Below are positions 49,001-57,715 of a stretch of 64,000 nucleotides of DNA, in pieces. The translations under genes were made by a program, and so were the position numbers. The first letter of the stretch is position 1; every line of letters starts with the position of its first letter. The DNA lies in assembly GCA_040753015.1 (NCBI GenBank), contig JBFMHM010000001.1, positions 82,731-146,730 on the forward strand, in the 5' to 3' direction. The DNA is from Candidatus Omnitrophota bacterium (GTDB taxonomy: Bacteria; Omnitrophota; Gorgyraeia; Gygaellales; JBFMHM01). Below the pieces are notes generated by a model that was given only the letters and a program-made list of their open reading frames with translations, was not told the origin of the DNA and searched no databases.

Positions 49001-51140
49001 GGGAATTAGTAAGACAAGTTGCTTCTTGAAGCAATGTTCTTAGCCTTTGAGCAAGCGGTAGGTTTGTAACAGGCCAGGCTCTATTTCTTAGAGAGAACAT
49101 ATCCATAACTCGTCTGGCTATACCTAATTTTTGCGGTTTTTCTTCATTTTCTGATGCTTGAGCTTCTGGAACAGCTAAAGCAGTTGTTGGTGCTATTACT
49201 TCAACAACATAATCTTCAGATAAAATACCAGCTGCTTGTAATTGTAATTCTGACCGTCTTTCATCTGTTATGGCCTCTGTAACAACAGCTAATCCTGGCG
49301 TAGATAGTTCAGCATTAGTTACAAATATTGGCCTGTTGGCAATATACCTTAAGTTCCAACCAAGCTGGCCAATAAAATAACTAACCCTTTGAGCTGACGT
49401 ACCACTATCTGCTATTCTTGTTTCACTAACGCTTTCTATAGGTAAATGTTCACATAAATAAGTAAATAAATCTTGCTTGAGATTGTCTGTAGTAACGCTT
49501 TCAATAATAACACTAGTCAAATATTCAAAAACTAGCTTAAGATAATCCGCGGAAGGAACATTCAAACTATCAAGCACGCCTCTTGATAAAAGAGCGGTTT
49601 CTTGGCCGACATAATTCAAACCAGCTTCAAGAATTAATCTTTGTTCATAGCTACCACCTCTACTTGCACGAATCCTACGGTCAAAATCTAACAATGTATA
49701 TGCTAAATGCCTACGCTTCTGTTCTGAATAAGCTAGGCCCTTGGATAAGTCTAGGTCTTGAAGAATTGCATTAGATGTTTGAGGAACACCAGCTATTAAA
49801 ATTATGGGATAATGAACCTCATCAGAAACAGCCATATACATCTCACCAGTTTTTAAGAACCTCTCTGCTGCGCCTTTGTAACTACCACTAGCTAAAACTC
49901 TACCTAGGTCTCTTTCTAACCTTTCTTGTCCTAGATCTACTCTTACATTAATACCAGCATCTTGAATATATGTACCCAGACGCATTGATCCATTTGCAGT
50001 TACACCAGGAAAGTTTTTAGGATCAAAACCTACACCCCCACTCACATAACTTCTCCTGATATTCGCCTTTAGCTCTTCATTGTAGTTAGTCTTAGTAAGG
50101 TGGTATTCCCCTTGCTTAACAGAATCTAAATAAGCAGCAAAGATTTGTTCTTTTGTTACAGGCTCTTTGGAGATTAGGCCGTTTAGGTTATTGGTGTTGA
50201 TTATTGAAGAAAAGGCGTTCTTCAGTTCGTCCGTTCGCTGGTTCGTCAGTTCTTCTAACTTTTCGCTTTGACTTTTCCCGCCTGAGGCGGGTCCGCCTTT
50301 GGCGGATACGTTTTCTTTGTACCACTTCGCAAGAATAATTGCATTGTATATTTGTCTTAAAGGCTCATATGATGGATCATGGTTTACTTTATAGGTTAGG
50401 TTAGGAAGTATTAGTTCTTTTAGTTGAGCTTCGCAGTAGGATTGTAACTCTTGGTTGTTATCAAACTCCCCCTTTATCCCCCTCTTTGGTAAAGAGGGGG
50501 TCTGGGGGAGTTGTAGATACTCACTTTCCAGTAACACTTTCAGTGTTGATTTGGTAATTACACAGCTTCCTTTACCGTCTTCGTATACTTCTGCTTTGTC
50601 TGGGACTATCCAGACACGGAAGGTTGTGGGGATAGATACAGTTCGACTGTTCTTCAGTTCGTCAGTTCGTCGGTTAGATAATTGTTTTGCCTTGGCAAAC
50701 ACACGTTCCCAATAGGTAGTTGCTCCAGTAGATAATCCGGGAAATAGGCTAAAGGCTGTGTCTTTCTTAAGCTTTAGGTCTAGGAGTAGTAGATGCTTGC
50801 CCATGTCTGTGTAGGATAGATTAGTTCCTGTGAGCCTGTTAGGTTGGTTTGGGTTAAGGTTAACCCAGAATTCAGAGTCTTGTATGGTTAGAGCGGTTAG
50901 GAAGTAGTTTATGTTGGTTTGTAGATCTTTACGTTGGTCTAGGGAAAGAATGGTGCCTTTGGGGATGTTTAGATTGAATTGGATACCTGTAGGGACAGAC
51001 CCGTGTGTCTGTCCAAATGTTATGCCTAACAATATAGGCGCCTGTAAGGGTGCGGTAACCGTACCCTGAATAAAACCCAAGCCTATTTGGCTAAAAGCTA
51101 GCGTAAAAATTAAAACCACAGAAACTATACGACGTATCAT
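45957..51140 (-). CDS. giant secreted protein (1727 aa) with PBS-lyase-type HEAT repeats
   Basis: Signal peptide MIRRIVSVVLIFTLAFSQ. The long all-alpha body has at least six HEAT-like repeats of the pattern PLI.CL.DED..VR..A..AL.KIG.PAV. Duplicated TDELKN motifs and Gly/Pro-rich in-frame palindrome segments are present. Confidence 0.7.
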   Translation of the reverse strand: MIRRIVSVVLIFTLAFSQIGLGFIQGTVTAPLQAPILLGITFGQTHGSVPTGIQFNLNIPKGTILSLDQRKDLQTNINYFLTALTIQDSEFWVNLNPNQPNRLTGTNLSYTDMGKHLLLLDLKLKKDTAFSLFPGLSTGATTYWERVFAKAKQLSNRRTDELKNSRTVSIPTTFRVWIVPDKAEVYEDGKGSCVITKSTLKVLLESEYLQLPQTPSLPKRGIKGEFDNNQELQSYCEAQLKELILPNLTYKVNHDPSYEPLRQIYNAIILAKWYKENVSAKGGPASGGKSQSEKLEELTNQRTDELKNAFSSIINTNNLNGLISKEPVTKEQIFAAYLDSVKQGEYHLTKTNYNEELKANIRRSYVSGGVGFDPKNFPGVTANGSMRLGTYIQDAGINVRVDLGQERLERDLGRVLASGSYKGAAERFLKTGEMYMAVSDEVHYPIILIAGVPQTSNAILQDLDLSKGLAYSEQKRRHLAYTLLDFDRRIRASRGGSYEQRLILEAGLNYVGQETALLSRGVLDSLNVPSADYLKLVFEYLTSVIIESVTTDNLKQDLFTYLCEHLPIESVSETRIADSGTSAQRVSYFIGQLGWNLRYIANRPIFVTNAELSTPGLAVVTEAITDERRSELQLQAAGILSEDYVVEVIAPTTALAVPEAQASENEEKPQKLGIARRVMDMFSLRNRAWPVTNLPLAQRLRTLLQEATCLTNSQRQEAFSQTALLMSTNRDREQAVKMLINLTRQLDIQPAVLELLTYLDTETATLVFMKSFARTSDDVVSLITWLSFLDSARARLCLAQYKGMLTEEVLANLPLSCYVLAHMMETRRYKPYIAAIRTHMKTEDKIAGLATVARLIVLVDTIRQQGTITRGQTQTISFQKSIDDIEAIQTELSRSYNKLQELKQQASAAAIARTTDSDSPQQIYARELRRVSDICMLGRLPADVVKALAGFAKDKGIVAFDLLVELITVQEPQAIAIFVNTLGQNQPRLAVAGYDLSDKIRCVEFLSLLLARINQPKAVGTLDVMVHNQQLYDQDSRRLAERILLGPAVEALDQARELHEALIKTRPQEYNTELEFQLTGVLLAADLTKGQREQAVKRCAQIIETTDDNWHKLKADFRVLIALRTDLDQARKDAIAELGRLKAIDVMLEYLELIESKNTMRKVLQIIRLHKQETTKYSAEISTSLRQIAEHHPKNFTEEQCKRLWRLSRAKDDIEDILVILAQRGNAYVVNDLIAYAEAAISTDEARKLMDKHLLQLLKRSFNPEIEQWATWRRNLINILSHTNLDFTRVNAPHLLNLMIDTGRLITLLSNLGMPEDVARQVSFLNPDDETDRKSIIRNLGESRHPLIVEPLITCLRDENEDIRHAAAQALAKIGQPAVDPLIVCLRDEDKNVRQAAVKAFIKIGRPAVERLIACLRYDNNLLSQSAIKALGEIGDPRAVEPLIKCLKDEDGSVRYNAREALIKTGRPAVESLIECLKDPTVRDSAIESLIKIGKVALPALETAFNRGSREVRNDIERIIRDINNARTKTPTGEISRGYSEEELARKREAIKANSSQVAQDNREVVVLAHRRIQALLDNRGAEIEALLINAGMSQQDAQGLLNRLRGPPLKTGEAFGLPEAETCPFNWFNAEVESPNRYFLGAESALAINLIQYLSEREGVNGLPNDLIDEYILHELLENTDLDHYQIIRLTQQFFNRGKEGRDWHVTPGAPDQADTCARKGYKTIY

Positions 51141-51143
51141 TTA

Positions 51144-51191
51144 ATTCTCTCCGTATGTTCCCGTGGCTTATAATAAAGTATACACTATAAA
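51144..51191. repeat. 48-bp exact direct repeat (promoter/5'UTR of the giant gene), copy A
   Basis: ATTCTCTCCGTATGTTCCCGTGGCTTATAATAAAGTATACACTATAAA is identical at 55413-55460. Confidence 0.8.
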
Positions 51192-51222
51192 TACATATAT
51201 TTCAAGGCAATACGAATTTCGT

Positions 51223-51579
51223 TTACCCAGTAATATTTTCGTAGTGATTTAGGCGGTTTTGAGATAGATCTTCGTTAAGCACAATACATATTGCATCAAT
51301 GCGGCACGCTCCATTATATTTATTAATTACAACGTAAGTATTAACATTTTTTATGAGTTTCTTCATTTTTCGTTTATCAAGAGTCTCTTCTGGGCTGCCA
51401 AAATCCTTACCTATTTTTGTACGCACCTCAACAAAAACAAGAACACCTCTGTGTGTAGCGATTAAATCAATTTCTAAGTAGGGAGTTTTATAATTTTGAT
51501 CGACGACTTTATAACCTTTAGCTGTTAGATATTTTCTTGCAATATTTTCACCAATACGGCCGATTTCAACGGTTTCCAT
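51223..51579 (-). CDS. yraN: YraN family (UPF0102) endonuclease-like protein
   Basis: IGENIARKYLTAKGYKVVDQNYKTPYLEIDLIATHRGVLVFVEVRTK matches UPF0102. It is adjacent to comM, as in many bacteria. Confidence 0.7.
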   Translation of the reverse strand: METVEIGRIGENIARKYLTAKGYKVVDQNYKTPYLEIDLIATHRGVLVFVEVRTKIGKDFGSPEETLDKRKMKKLIKNVNTYVVINKYNGACRIDAICIVLNEDLSQNRLNHYENITG

Positions 51580-51580
51580 A

Positions 51581-53113
51581 TTATTCTTGTTTATTTTTCG
51601 GTCGGTATTGCAATGCCTCGGCTATATGTTTTACACCTATCTCCTCGCTATTATCCAAATCTGCAATTGTGCGTGCTACTTTTATTACTTTAAAATATGC
51701 CCGCGCAGAAAGTTGAAAAGTTACTGCTGCCTGATTAAGCAATTCTTTTATTTCTTTTGAAAGTTTACAATATTTTTTAATATGTTTATTGCGCATCTCT
51801 GCATTTACAAAAATGTCATCATTTATAAACCGTTCTTTCTGTATTTGGCGTGCTTTAATTACTCTTTCCCTGATTTTTTTCGACTGCTCTTGCGATTGAG
51901 CCTGTTCTGACTCTGAAAATTCTTTAATATCAACTACCGGTACCTCAACGTGCAAATCAATCCTATCTAAAAGCGGCCCAGAAATTCGCTTAGCATATTT
52001 TTTAATTTCTCGGCTGCTGCAGCTGCAAGCTTTTTTAGGATGATATAAATATCCGCACGGACAAGGGTTGGCTGAAGCAACTAATGTAAAACGTGATGGA
52101 AAAGTAACTCTATTCTTACTTCTTGAAATAGTTAAAAAGCCGTCTTCTAATGGCTGGCGCAAAACTTCCAGCACTGAACGCGGAAACTCATTTAGCTCAT
52201 CTAAAAATAGTACCCCTCTATGCGCCAAGCTTACATCGCCTGGCTGCGGATAAGTACCCCCTCCTATTAAACCAACGCGCGATGTTGTGTGATGTGGGCT
52301 ACGAAATGGAGGCAATTTTATTAGAGAACCTTGCGCTGGCATATGACCTGATGCTGAGTACATTTTAGTTACCTCCAAAGATTCACCATCAGTTAGTGGC
52401 GGTAAAATTCCCGGAAGTGCGCGCGCCATCATTGTCTTTCCAGAACCCGGACTTCCTACCATAAATAAATTATGCCCACCGCTTGCAGCAATCTCTAATG
52501 CTCGCTTTGCTTGTTCTTGGCCTAAAACCTCGGCCATATCAAACTCGACCTGCGCATCTAACTCTATCGTTTTTGTTTCTCGATATTTAACTGGCGCAAG
52601 CTTAACATTTCCCATTAAATAAGCAACAAGCTCGCTCAAATTTTCCACGCCATAGATATTTATTCCCTCAACTATTGCTGCTTCATTAGCAGAAGCTTTA
52701 GGCAAAAATATATTTTTGATACCGTTTTCTTTTGCAAATAAACTTAAGAGCAACGCTCCTTTTACATGGCGCAAAGATCCATCTAGTGATAATTCACCAA
52801 AAAACAGACTATCCTTTGGCAAGGCAACATCTAAAGTTAAACTTAAAATACCAACCGCAATTGGCAAATCATAAAACGACCCTTCTTTAGGAACATCCGC
52901 AGGGGCTAAATTAACAATAATTCTTTTTGCCGGAAAATCAACGTTTGAATTTATAATTGCCGTACGCACACGCTCTTTACTCTCATCTACAGCTTTAGTA
53001 GTTAAACCAACTATTTCAAAAATCGGCAGGCCGCGTAAGGCAACATTAATTTCTACATCTATTGCAATAGTTTGAAGCCCTAAATTTGCCGCTGACATTA
53101 CTTTAATTAACAT
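51581..53113 (-). CDS. comM: Mg-chelatase-like AAA ATPase YifB/ComM
   Basis: An N-terminal Lon-like domain, Walker A GSPGSGKTM, a CPCG zinc motif and the C-terminal domain are present. Length is 510 aa. Confidence 0.88.
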   Translation of the reverse strand: MLIKVMSAANLGLQTIAIDVEINVALRGLPIFEIVGLTTKAVDESKERVRTAIINSNVDFPAKRIIVNLAPADVPKEGSFYDLPIAVGILSLTLDVALPKDSLFFGELSLDGSLRHVKGALLLSLFAKENGIKNIFLPKASANEAAIVEGINIYGVENLSELVAYLMGNVKLAPVKYRETKTIELDAQVEFDMAEVLGQEQAKRALEIAASGGHNLFMVGSPGSGKTMMARALPGILPPLTDGESLEVTKMYSASGHMPAQGSLIKLPPFRSPHHTTSRVGLIGGGTYPQPGDVSLAHRGVLFLDELNEFPRSVLEVLRQPLEDGFLTISRSKNRVTFPSRFTLVASANPCPCGYLYHPKKACSCSSREIKKYAKRISGPLLDRIDLHVEVPVVDIKEFSESEQAQSQEQSKKIRERVIKARQIQKERFINDDIFVNAEMRNKHIKKYCKLSKEIKELLNQAAVTFQLSARAYFKVIKVARTIADLDNSEEIGVKHIAEALQYRPKNKQE

Positions 53114-53963
53114 AAAATTTTGCTCCTTCTTGCTGTATTAAACCCTTTATTTGCATAATCGAGATTGCACTGCTAATTTGCGAGGCAGAAACTTTAAGTT
53201 TACGTGCTAACACATCTATTTCTTGCGGCTCATTTTTTAATGTTTCAATTATGCTTGCCTCTAATTTGCTTAAATCTTGATTACCTGAGCGCGCATCTTT
53301 AGTAATAGTATTTGTTATTCCATAATGCAATAGTATATCCTCAGCAGAACTTACAACACTTGCCCCTTCTTTAATTAATTGTAATGTACCATAAGAAACA
53401 CTGCTGTTAATTGGCCCGGGAACACTAAAAATTTTTCTTTTAAATTTTTTAGCAAAACCTGCAGTAATTAATGAACCACTATTTTCGCCTGCTTCAACAA
53501 CTAACGTGCCTAAAGAAAGCCCGGCAATAATCCTATTTCTTTGTGGGTATGTCCAAAGCTGAGGTAGGGTAGCGCCTTCATATTCTGAAATAATTAGGCC
53601 ATTATTTTTCAAAATTTGAGTGTATAAATCTTCTTGGTATGCCGGGTGAATCATATTAATACCGCAAGGCATAACAGCAATAGTCCTACCTCCTCCCTCA
53701 AGGGCTGCCTTATGCGCTGTTGCGTCAATCCCATACATGAATCCTGATACTATTGTTACGCCTAAAGTTGCAATTTCAGAGACTATCTTTTGCGTAGCCT
53801 GTTTGCCATAAGTAGTCATCTTGCGAGAACCAACAACTGCTAAGCAATTTACAAAAATTTCTGAATCTAGTTTGCCTTTATAGTAAAGCTGCTTGGGAGG
53901 AGATTTTATCGTTTTAAGTAATGTGGGGTATTCTGAATCGCTAAATTTAACAACACCTTGCAT
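53103..53963 (-). CDS. dprA: DNA processing protein DprA
   Basis: The Rossmann-like domain reads LAVVGSRKMTTYGKQ...GLIISEYE...PQRNRIIAGLS. A C-terminal winged-helix-like domain follows. Length is 286 aa. Confidence 0.8.
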   Translation of the reverse strand: MQGVVKFSDSEYPTLLKTIKSPPKQLYYKGKLDSEIFVNCLAVVGSRKMTTYGKQATQKIVSEIATLGVTIVSGFMYGIDATAHKAALEGGGRTIAVMPCGINMIHPAYQEDLYTQILKNNGLIISEYEGATLPQLWTYPQRNRIIAGLSLGTLVVEAGENSGSLITAGFAKKFKRKIFSVPGPINSSVSYGTLQLIKEGASVVSSAEDILLHYGITNTITKDARSGNQDLSKLEASIIETLKNEPQEIDVLARKLKVSASQISSAISIMQIKGLIQQEGAKFYVN

Positions 53964-54002
53964 AGAGATTTTTTATCACACAAATACCGCTATGTCAAGG
54001 TA

Positions 54003-54509
54003 TTATAAAGATATTTTTTTAATATCTAGAGACTTGCAGAGCAACAATAATGTATTAAGCGTAATATTCTTTTTGCCCTCTTCAATTTTTGAAATATCCG
54101 GCTGATCAATACCGGTAACCAATGCTAAGTCCTTTTGACTTAAACCTTTCTCTATGCGCGCAATTTTAATTGTTTTTCCAATATTTAAAAATGATATTGG
54201 TACTGCCCCTTTAAATGTATGTTTTTTTTGAATACCTTTTTTTTCCAAAAGTTGATCGTAAACAGTTTGCCACCACTGCCGAAAATCTGATTTCTTTTCA
54301 ACTTTAATCCAATATAATTTTACCCTAGTCCAATTTTTAATAAATTCGTCTTTGGAAATAACAGAAAAAATTATTTTTGGCTCATCACATCGAGAAAATA
54401 AATTGACCAAGCGAATAATAAATTTAGGATGATTTGGATCTTTAAGAATTACTTTGGTTTCCTTTAAGGCCTTATCATTTAAGTCCCAAAAATATTTCGA
54501 TATATCCAT
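54003..54509 (-). CDS. XRE-family HTH protein with N-terminal domain of unknown function
   Basis: The C-terminal HTH reads IARIEKGLSQKDLALVTGIDQPDISKIEEGKKNITLNTLLLLCKSL. Its ATG overlaps the stop of the upstream gene (ATGA). Confidence 0.6.
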   Translation of the reverse strand: MDISKYFWDLNDKALKETKVILKDPNHPKFIIRLVNLFSRCDEPKIIFSVISKDEFIKNWTRVKLYWIKVEKKSDFRQWWQTVYDQLLEKKGIQKKHTFKGAVPISFLNIGKTIKIARIEKGLSQKDLALVTGIDQPDISKIEEGKKNITLNTLLLLCKSLDIKKISL

Positions 54510-55219
54510 TATTCAATTTCCTCCGCCATAAATTTTTTGACTTCGTTTTCTAGATAAATAATCATTTCTCGAGAATCAAAGTTTTTTATATAAATATCCA
54601 TATCAAGTAAATCAAATTTCAAATCCTGTCTAGAAAATGTTTGATACCAGTAAATCATGCCTCTTTGAATCTGACGGGGCAGTGTTTTTAAAAATAAATG
54701 CAGCGGCTCAATTTTCTTTGAAAGCATATAAATATCAAAAACATCTCGCGCTTTTCTCCTGCCCTCCATTATCTCAGCACCCACATCATTTTCTTTTATG
54801 CTTAAACCCGTAATAGTTGTGATTTTTTGCAAATAGATAATTTTCACATCGTAAACAGGCACTCCATCAAAATATTTTATTTTAGGTTTATCAAAAATAA
54901 CATCTTCAACAAAATCAAGTTTTAGGGATCTTTTTGTGCTTTTTATCGGGACAGAATAAAATCTCACTTTAGCCATATTTGGAGCTATAAACTCTGATTC
55001 AAGCTTTATATTAAGCCTTGTTTCTTTTTTAAATTCTTTTACAATCTCATTTATCTCTTTTACATCATATATCGGTGAAAAAAAATCCAAATCAACAGAA
55101 AACCTGTGATACAAATAATAAAGTTCGAGTGCGGTTCCACCCGTAAGTGCGAATGTTTTTGTTTTTTTCGCAAAAATATTTAAAATCTTATGCTGTAATT
55201 GCCTATTTTCCTTATCCAT
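54509..55219 (-). CDS. AbiEii-like nucleotidyltransferase (type IV toxin family, DUF1814)
   Basis: KTFALTGGTALELYYLYHRFSVDLDFF matches the AbiEii GGTAL...R.S.DLDF motif. Length is 236 aa. Confidence 0.65.
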   Translation of the reverse strand: MDKENRQLQHKILNIFAKKTKTFALTGGTALELYYLYHRFSVDLDFFSPIYDVKEINEIVKEFKKETRLNIKLESEFIAPNMAKVRFYSVPIKSTKRSLKLDFVEDVIFDKPKIKYFDGVPVYDVKIIYLQKITTITGLSIKENDVGAEIMEGRRKARDVFDIYMLSKKIEPLHLFLKTLPRQIQRGMIYWYQTFSRQDLKFDLLDMDIYIKNFDSREMIIYLENEVKKFMAEEIE

Positions 55220-55295
55220 ATCATCATAATTTTTATAGTTTATAAACTATATCTAATATAGAGTATAAACTATATTTTATGTTTTGTCAAGTTCT

Positions 55296-55460
55296 AATTT
55301 ACACAAGACTCCCCTTTCTTCGTATATTTTTGCTTCGTCTGGTACGATCCAGACACGGAAGATTGTGGGGATAGATACGGTTCGACTGTTCGTCAGTTCT
55401 TCAGTTCTTTTGATTCTCTCCGTATGTTCCCGTGGCTTATAATAAAGTATACACTATAAA
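55296..55460 (-). pseudogene. degenerate 5' remnant of a giant-gene paralogue: promoter copy B plus an internally deleted coding fragment
   Basis: 55413-55460 is identical to 51144-51191. 55300-55412 is about 85% identical to 50560-50680, which encodes ...EELTNSRTVSIPTIFRVWIVPDEAKIYEE, compared with NSRTVSIPTTFRVWIVPDKAEVYED in the intact gene. The first 450 nt or so of coding sequence are missing. Confidence 0.5.
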
Positions 55461-55519
55461 CTCAAAATTTTGCACTTTTTCTCTTTTATTTTTAATAATA
55501 TATTATATAATTTACTATT

Positions 55520-56935
55520 ATGCCAATTACACTAAAATTTTGTGGTGGAGCACGCACTGTCACTGGCTCCATGCACTTACTAACTGTAGACAGAGTAAAA
55601 ATTTTAATTGACTGTGGCTTATTTCAAGGCAGGCGCGATGAATTTTTTGCGGTAAACTCTGAATTTCCTTTTGAACCTTCAGGAATAGATAACTGTATTA
55701 TATCCCATGCCCATATTGACCACTGCGGAAATTTTCCAACTTTAGTTCGAAAAGGGTTTCGTGGAAAAGCCTATCTTACACCTCAAACGCGCGATCTCTT
55801 ACGCTACATGTTACCAGATTCTGGACATATACAAGAAGAAGATATTAAATATGTAAATAAAATTAATCGCAGACGAGGATTGCTTCCTCGTTGGCCGCTC
55901 TATACACAAGCTGATGCAGAAAAATCTTTAAAATTTCTTAGGCCAATTGAATACCGCAAAACTATCGATATAGCCAAGGGTACAGGCCTTACTTTATATG
56001 ACTCCGGGCATATCCTAGGCGCATCAATTCCTGTAATTGATATCGAAACTAATAAAGGAAAAATTAGAATTGCTTATGCTGTGGATCTTGGCCGGCCAAA
56101 CCTACCTTACTTAAAGAATCCGGAGATTCCTGAAGATATAGATTACATTATAATAGAAAGTACTTATGGCGGAAAATCACACTCTGCTATTGAAACCGCT
56201 GAGAAAAAATTAGAAATTGCAATAAATAAGACTGTAAGACGCGGTGGAAAAGTTATTATACCTGCATTCGCGTTAGAAAGATCTCAAGAAGTTTTATATT
56301 TCATTGCGCGACTTTTTAAACATAAAAAAATCGAAGATATACCTGTATATGTTGACTCTCCGCTTGCAGTAGATATCACAAAAGTATTTATGAGCCATTG
56401 GGATTATTTTGATGAGGAAACCAGAAATACTTTTCAAAAAGAACTAGGACCGCTTTCGCACCATAATATAAACTATATATCCAATGTGAATCAATCAAAA
56501 AAACTAAATGACAAGAAAGGCCCAATGATTATAATCTCTTCATCGGGAATGTGTGAAAACGGGCGTATATTGCACCATCTAAAAAATAATATCGAAAACC
56601 CTTACAACACAATAATCGTAGTAGGCTTTATGGCAAAAGATACTTTAGGTAGAAAAATTGTTGATAAAAAACCTTTCGTCAATATTTTTGGCAGGCCTTA
56701 TCAATTAAACGCAGAAGTAGTATTAGACGATGCCTTTAGTGCTCACGCTGATAGAGAATATCTTGTTAAATATATAAAAGAATGCCGTAAATACGGAAGG
56801 CTTAAAAAAATATTCATTGTTCACGGTGAACCTAATCAATCTGATGAACTCAGAAAATCATTAAAATCATTAAACCTGCGAGTCTCTGTACCTGAAAAAA
56901 ATGAAGTAGCATTTCTTAATGCAAACCAGAAATAA
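55520..56935 (+). CDS. beta-CASP family ribonuclease (MBL fold, RNA-specificity domain)
   Basis: PITLKFCGGARTVTGSMHLLTVDRVKILIDCGLFQG and HAHIDHCGNFP match the family. The C-terminal beta-CASP His motifs are present. Confidence 0.78.
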   Translation: MPITLKFCGGARTVTGSMHLLTVDRVKILIDCGLFQGRRDEFFAVNSEFPFEPSGIDNCIISHAHIDHCGNFPTLVRKGFRGKAYLTPQTRDLLRYMLPDSGHIQEEDIKYVNKINRRRGLLPRWPLYTQADAEKSLKFLRPIEYRKTIDIAKGTGLTLYDSGHILGASIPVIDIETNKGKIRIAYAVDLGRPNLPYLKNPEIPEDIDYIIIESTYGGKSHSAIETAEKKLEIAINKTVRRGGKVIIPAFALERSQEVLYFIARLFKHKKIEDIPVYVDSPLAVDITKVFMSHWDYFDEETRNTFQKELGPLSHHNINYISNVNQSKKLNDKKGPMIIISSSGMCENGRILHHLKNNIENPYNTIIVVGFMAKDTLGRKIVDKKPFVNIFGRPYQLNAEVVLDDAFSAHADREYLVKYIKECRKYGRLKKIFIVHGEPNQSDELRKSLKSLNLRVSVPEKNEVAFLNANQK

Positions 56936-56937
56936 AC

Positions 56938-57708
56938 TTACTCTTTAGACTCTTCTTTTTTTATACCACTAACTTTTTCTTCTAACATTGCTTGTAATTG
57001 CTTTCTACCTGCTTCAAACTGTCTGCTTACATCAATGAATTTTAAATTCAAATCATCGTATTTTTCTTTTAAAGCAATAAATTCTTCTTTCGAAACCCAC
57101 TGGCTTTCTTCCTGTTTCTTATTCATATCAGCAATCATATCTTGATAACCCTTTATTTGGCTAGAATAAGAATCAATATCTCTCAAATTATTTTCTATCT
57201 TTAATCTTAGATCACTAATCTCATTAATTTTTACCTTAATTTCTTTATCTTTTAAGCCTGCGCTATCTACGGCTTCTCTTAATTCTTTATTTAGCTTTAC
57301 ATTTTTTGAAAATTCTTTTTCTAGCTCTGCCTCTTTATTTTTTAGAGTGCTTTCTAACTCTATAATTTTTTCATTAGCTTTTTTAAAACGCACTTCATCA
57401 TTCACAACCCATTCCTTTTGTTTCAATAATTCATTTTTGAATTCTAAATTTACAGCTTCTAAATTTTTTAATTGTTTTTGTAAATTATTAAGTTCTTGTG
57501 ATTTTTTTTCTAATTCATTTTTTAATCCATCGGCTTGACGTTCAACCCTTAAAATATGATCTTGGTCAGAATAGATCTTTTGTCTATTATCTTGTTTTAT
57601 ATATCTTGACTTATCTCTCTTTCTGTATTTTTTATCTTCTAGAGATAATGCATATATTACAATAGCGATTACTCCAATAATTAATATTGAAAATAAAAAG
57701 GGCATCAT
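56938..57708 (-). CDS. membrane-anchored coiled-coil protein
   Basis: An N-terminal TM helix is followed by about 200 aa of heptad-like Lys/Glu/Leu-rich sequence. The start is revised to the internal MMPF to avoid a 62-nt overlap. Confidence 0.45.
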   Translation of the reverse strand: MMPFLFSILIIGVIAIVIYALSLEDKKYRKRDKSRYIKQDNRQKIYSDQDHILRVERQADGLKNELEKKSQELNNLQKQLKNLEAVNLEFKNELLKQKEWVVNDEVRFKKANEKIIELESTLKNKEAELEKEFSKNVKLNKELREAVDSAGLKDKEIKVKINEISDLRLKIENNLRDIDSYSSQIKGYQDMIADMNKKQEESQWVSKEEFIALKEKYDDLNLKFIDVSRQFEAGRKQLQAMLEEKVSGIKKEESKE

Positions 57709-57715
57709 AACTCCT

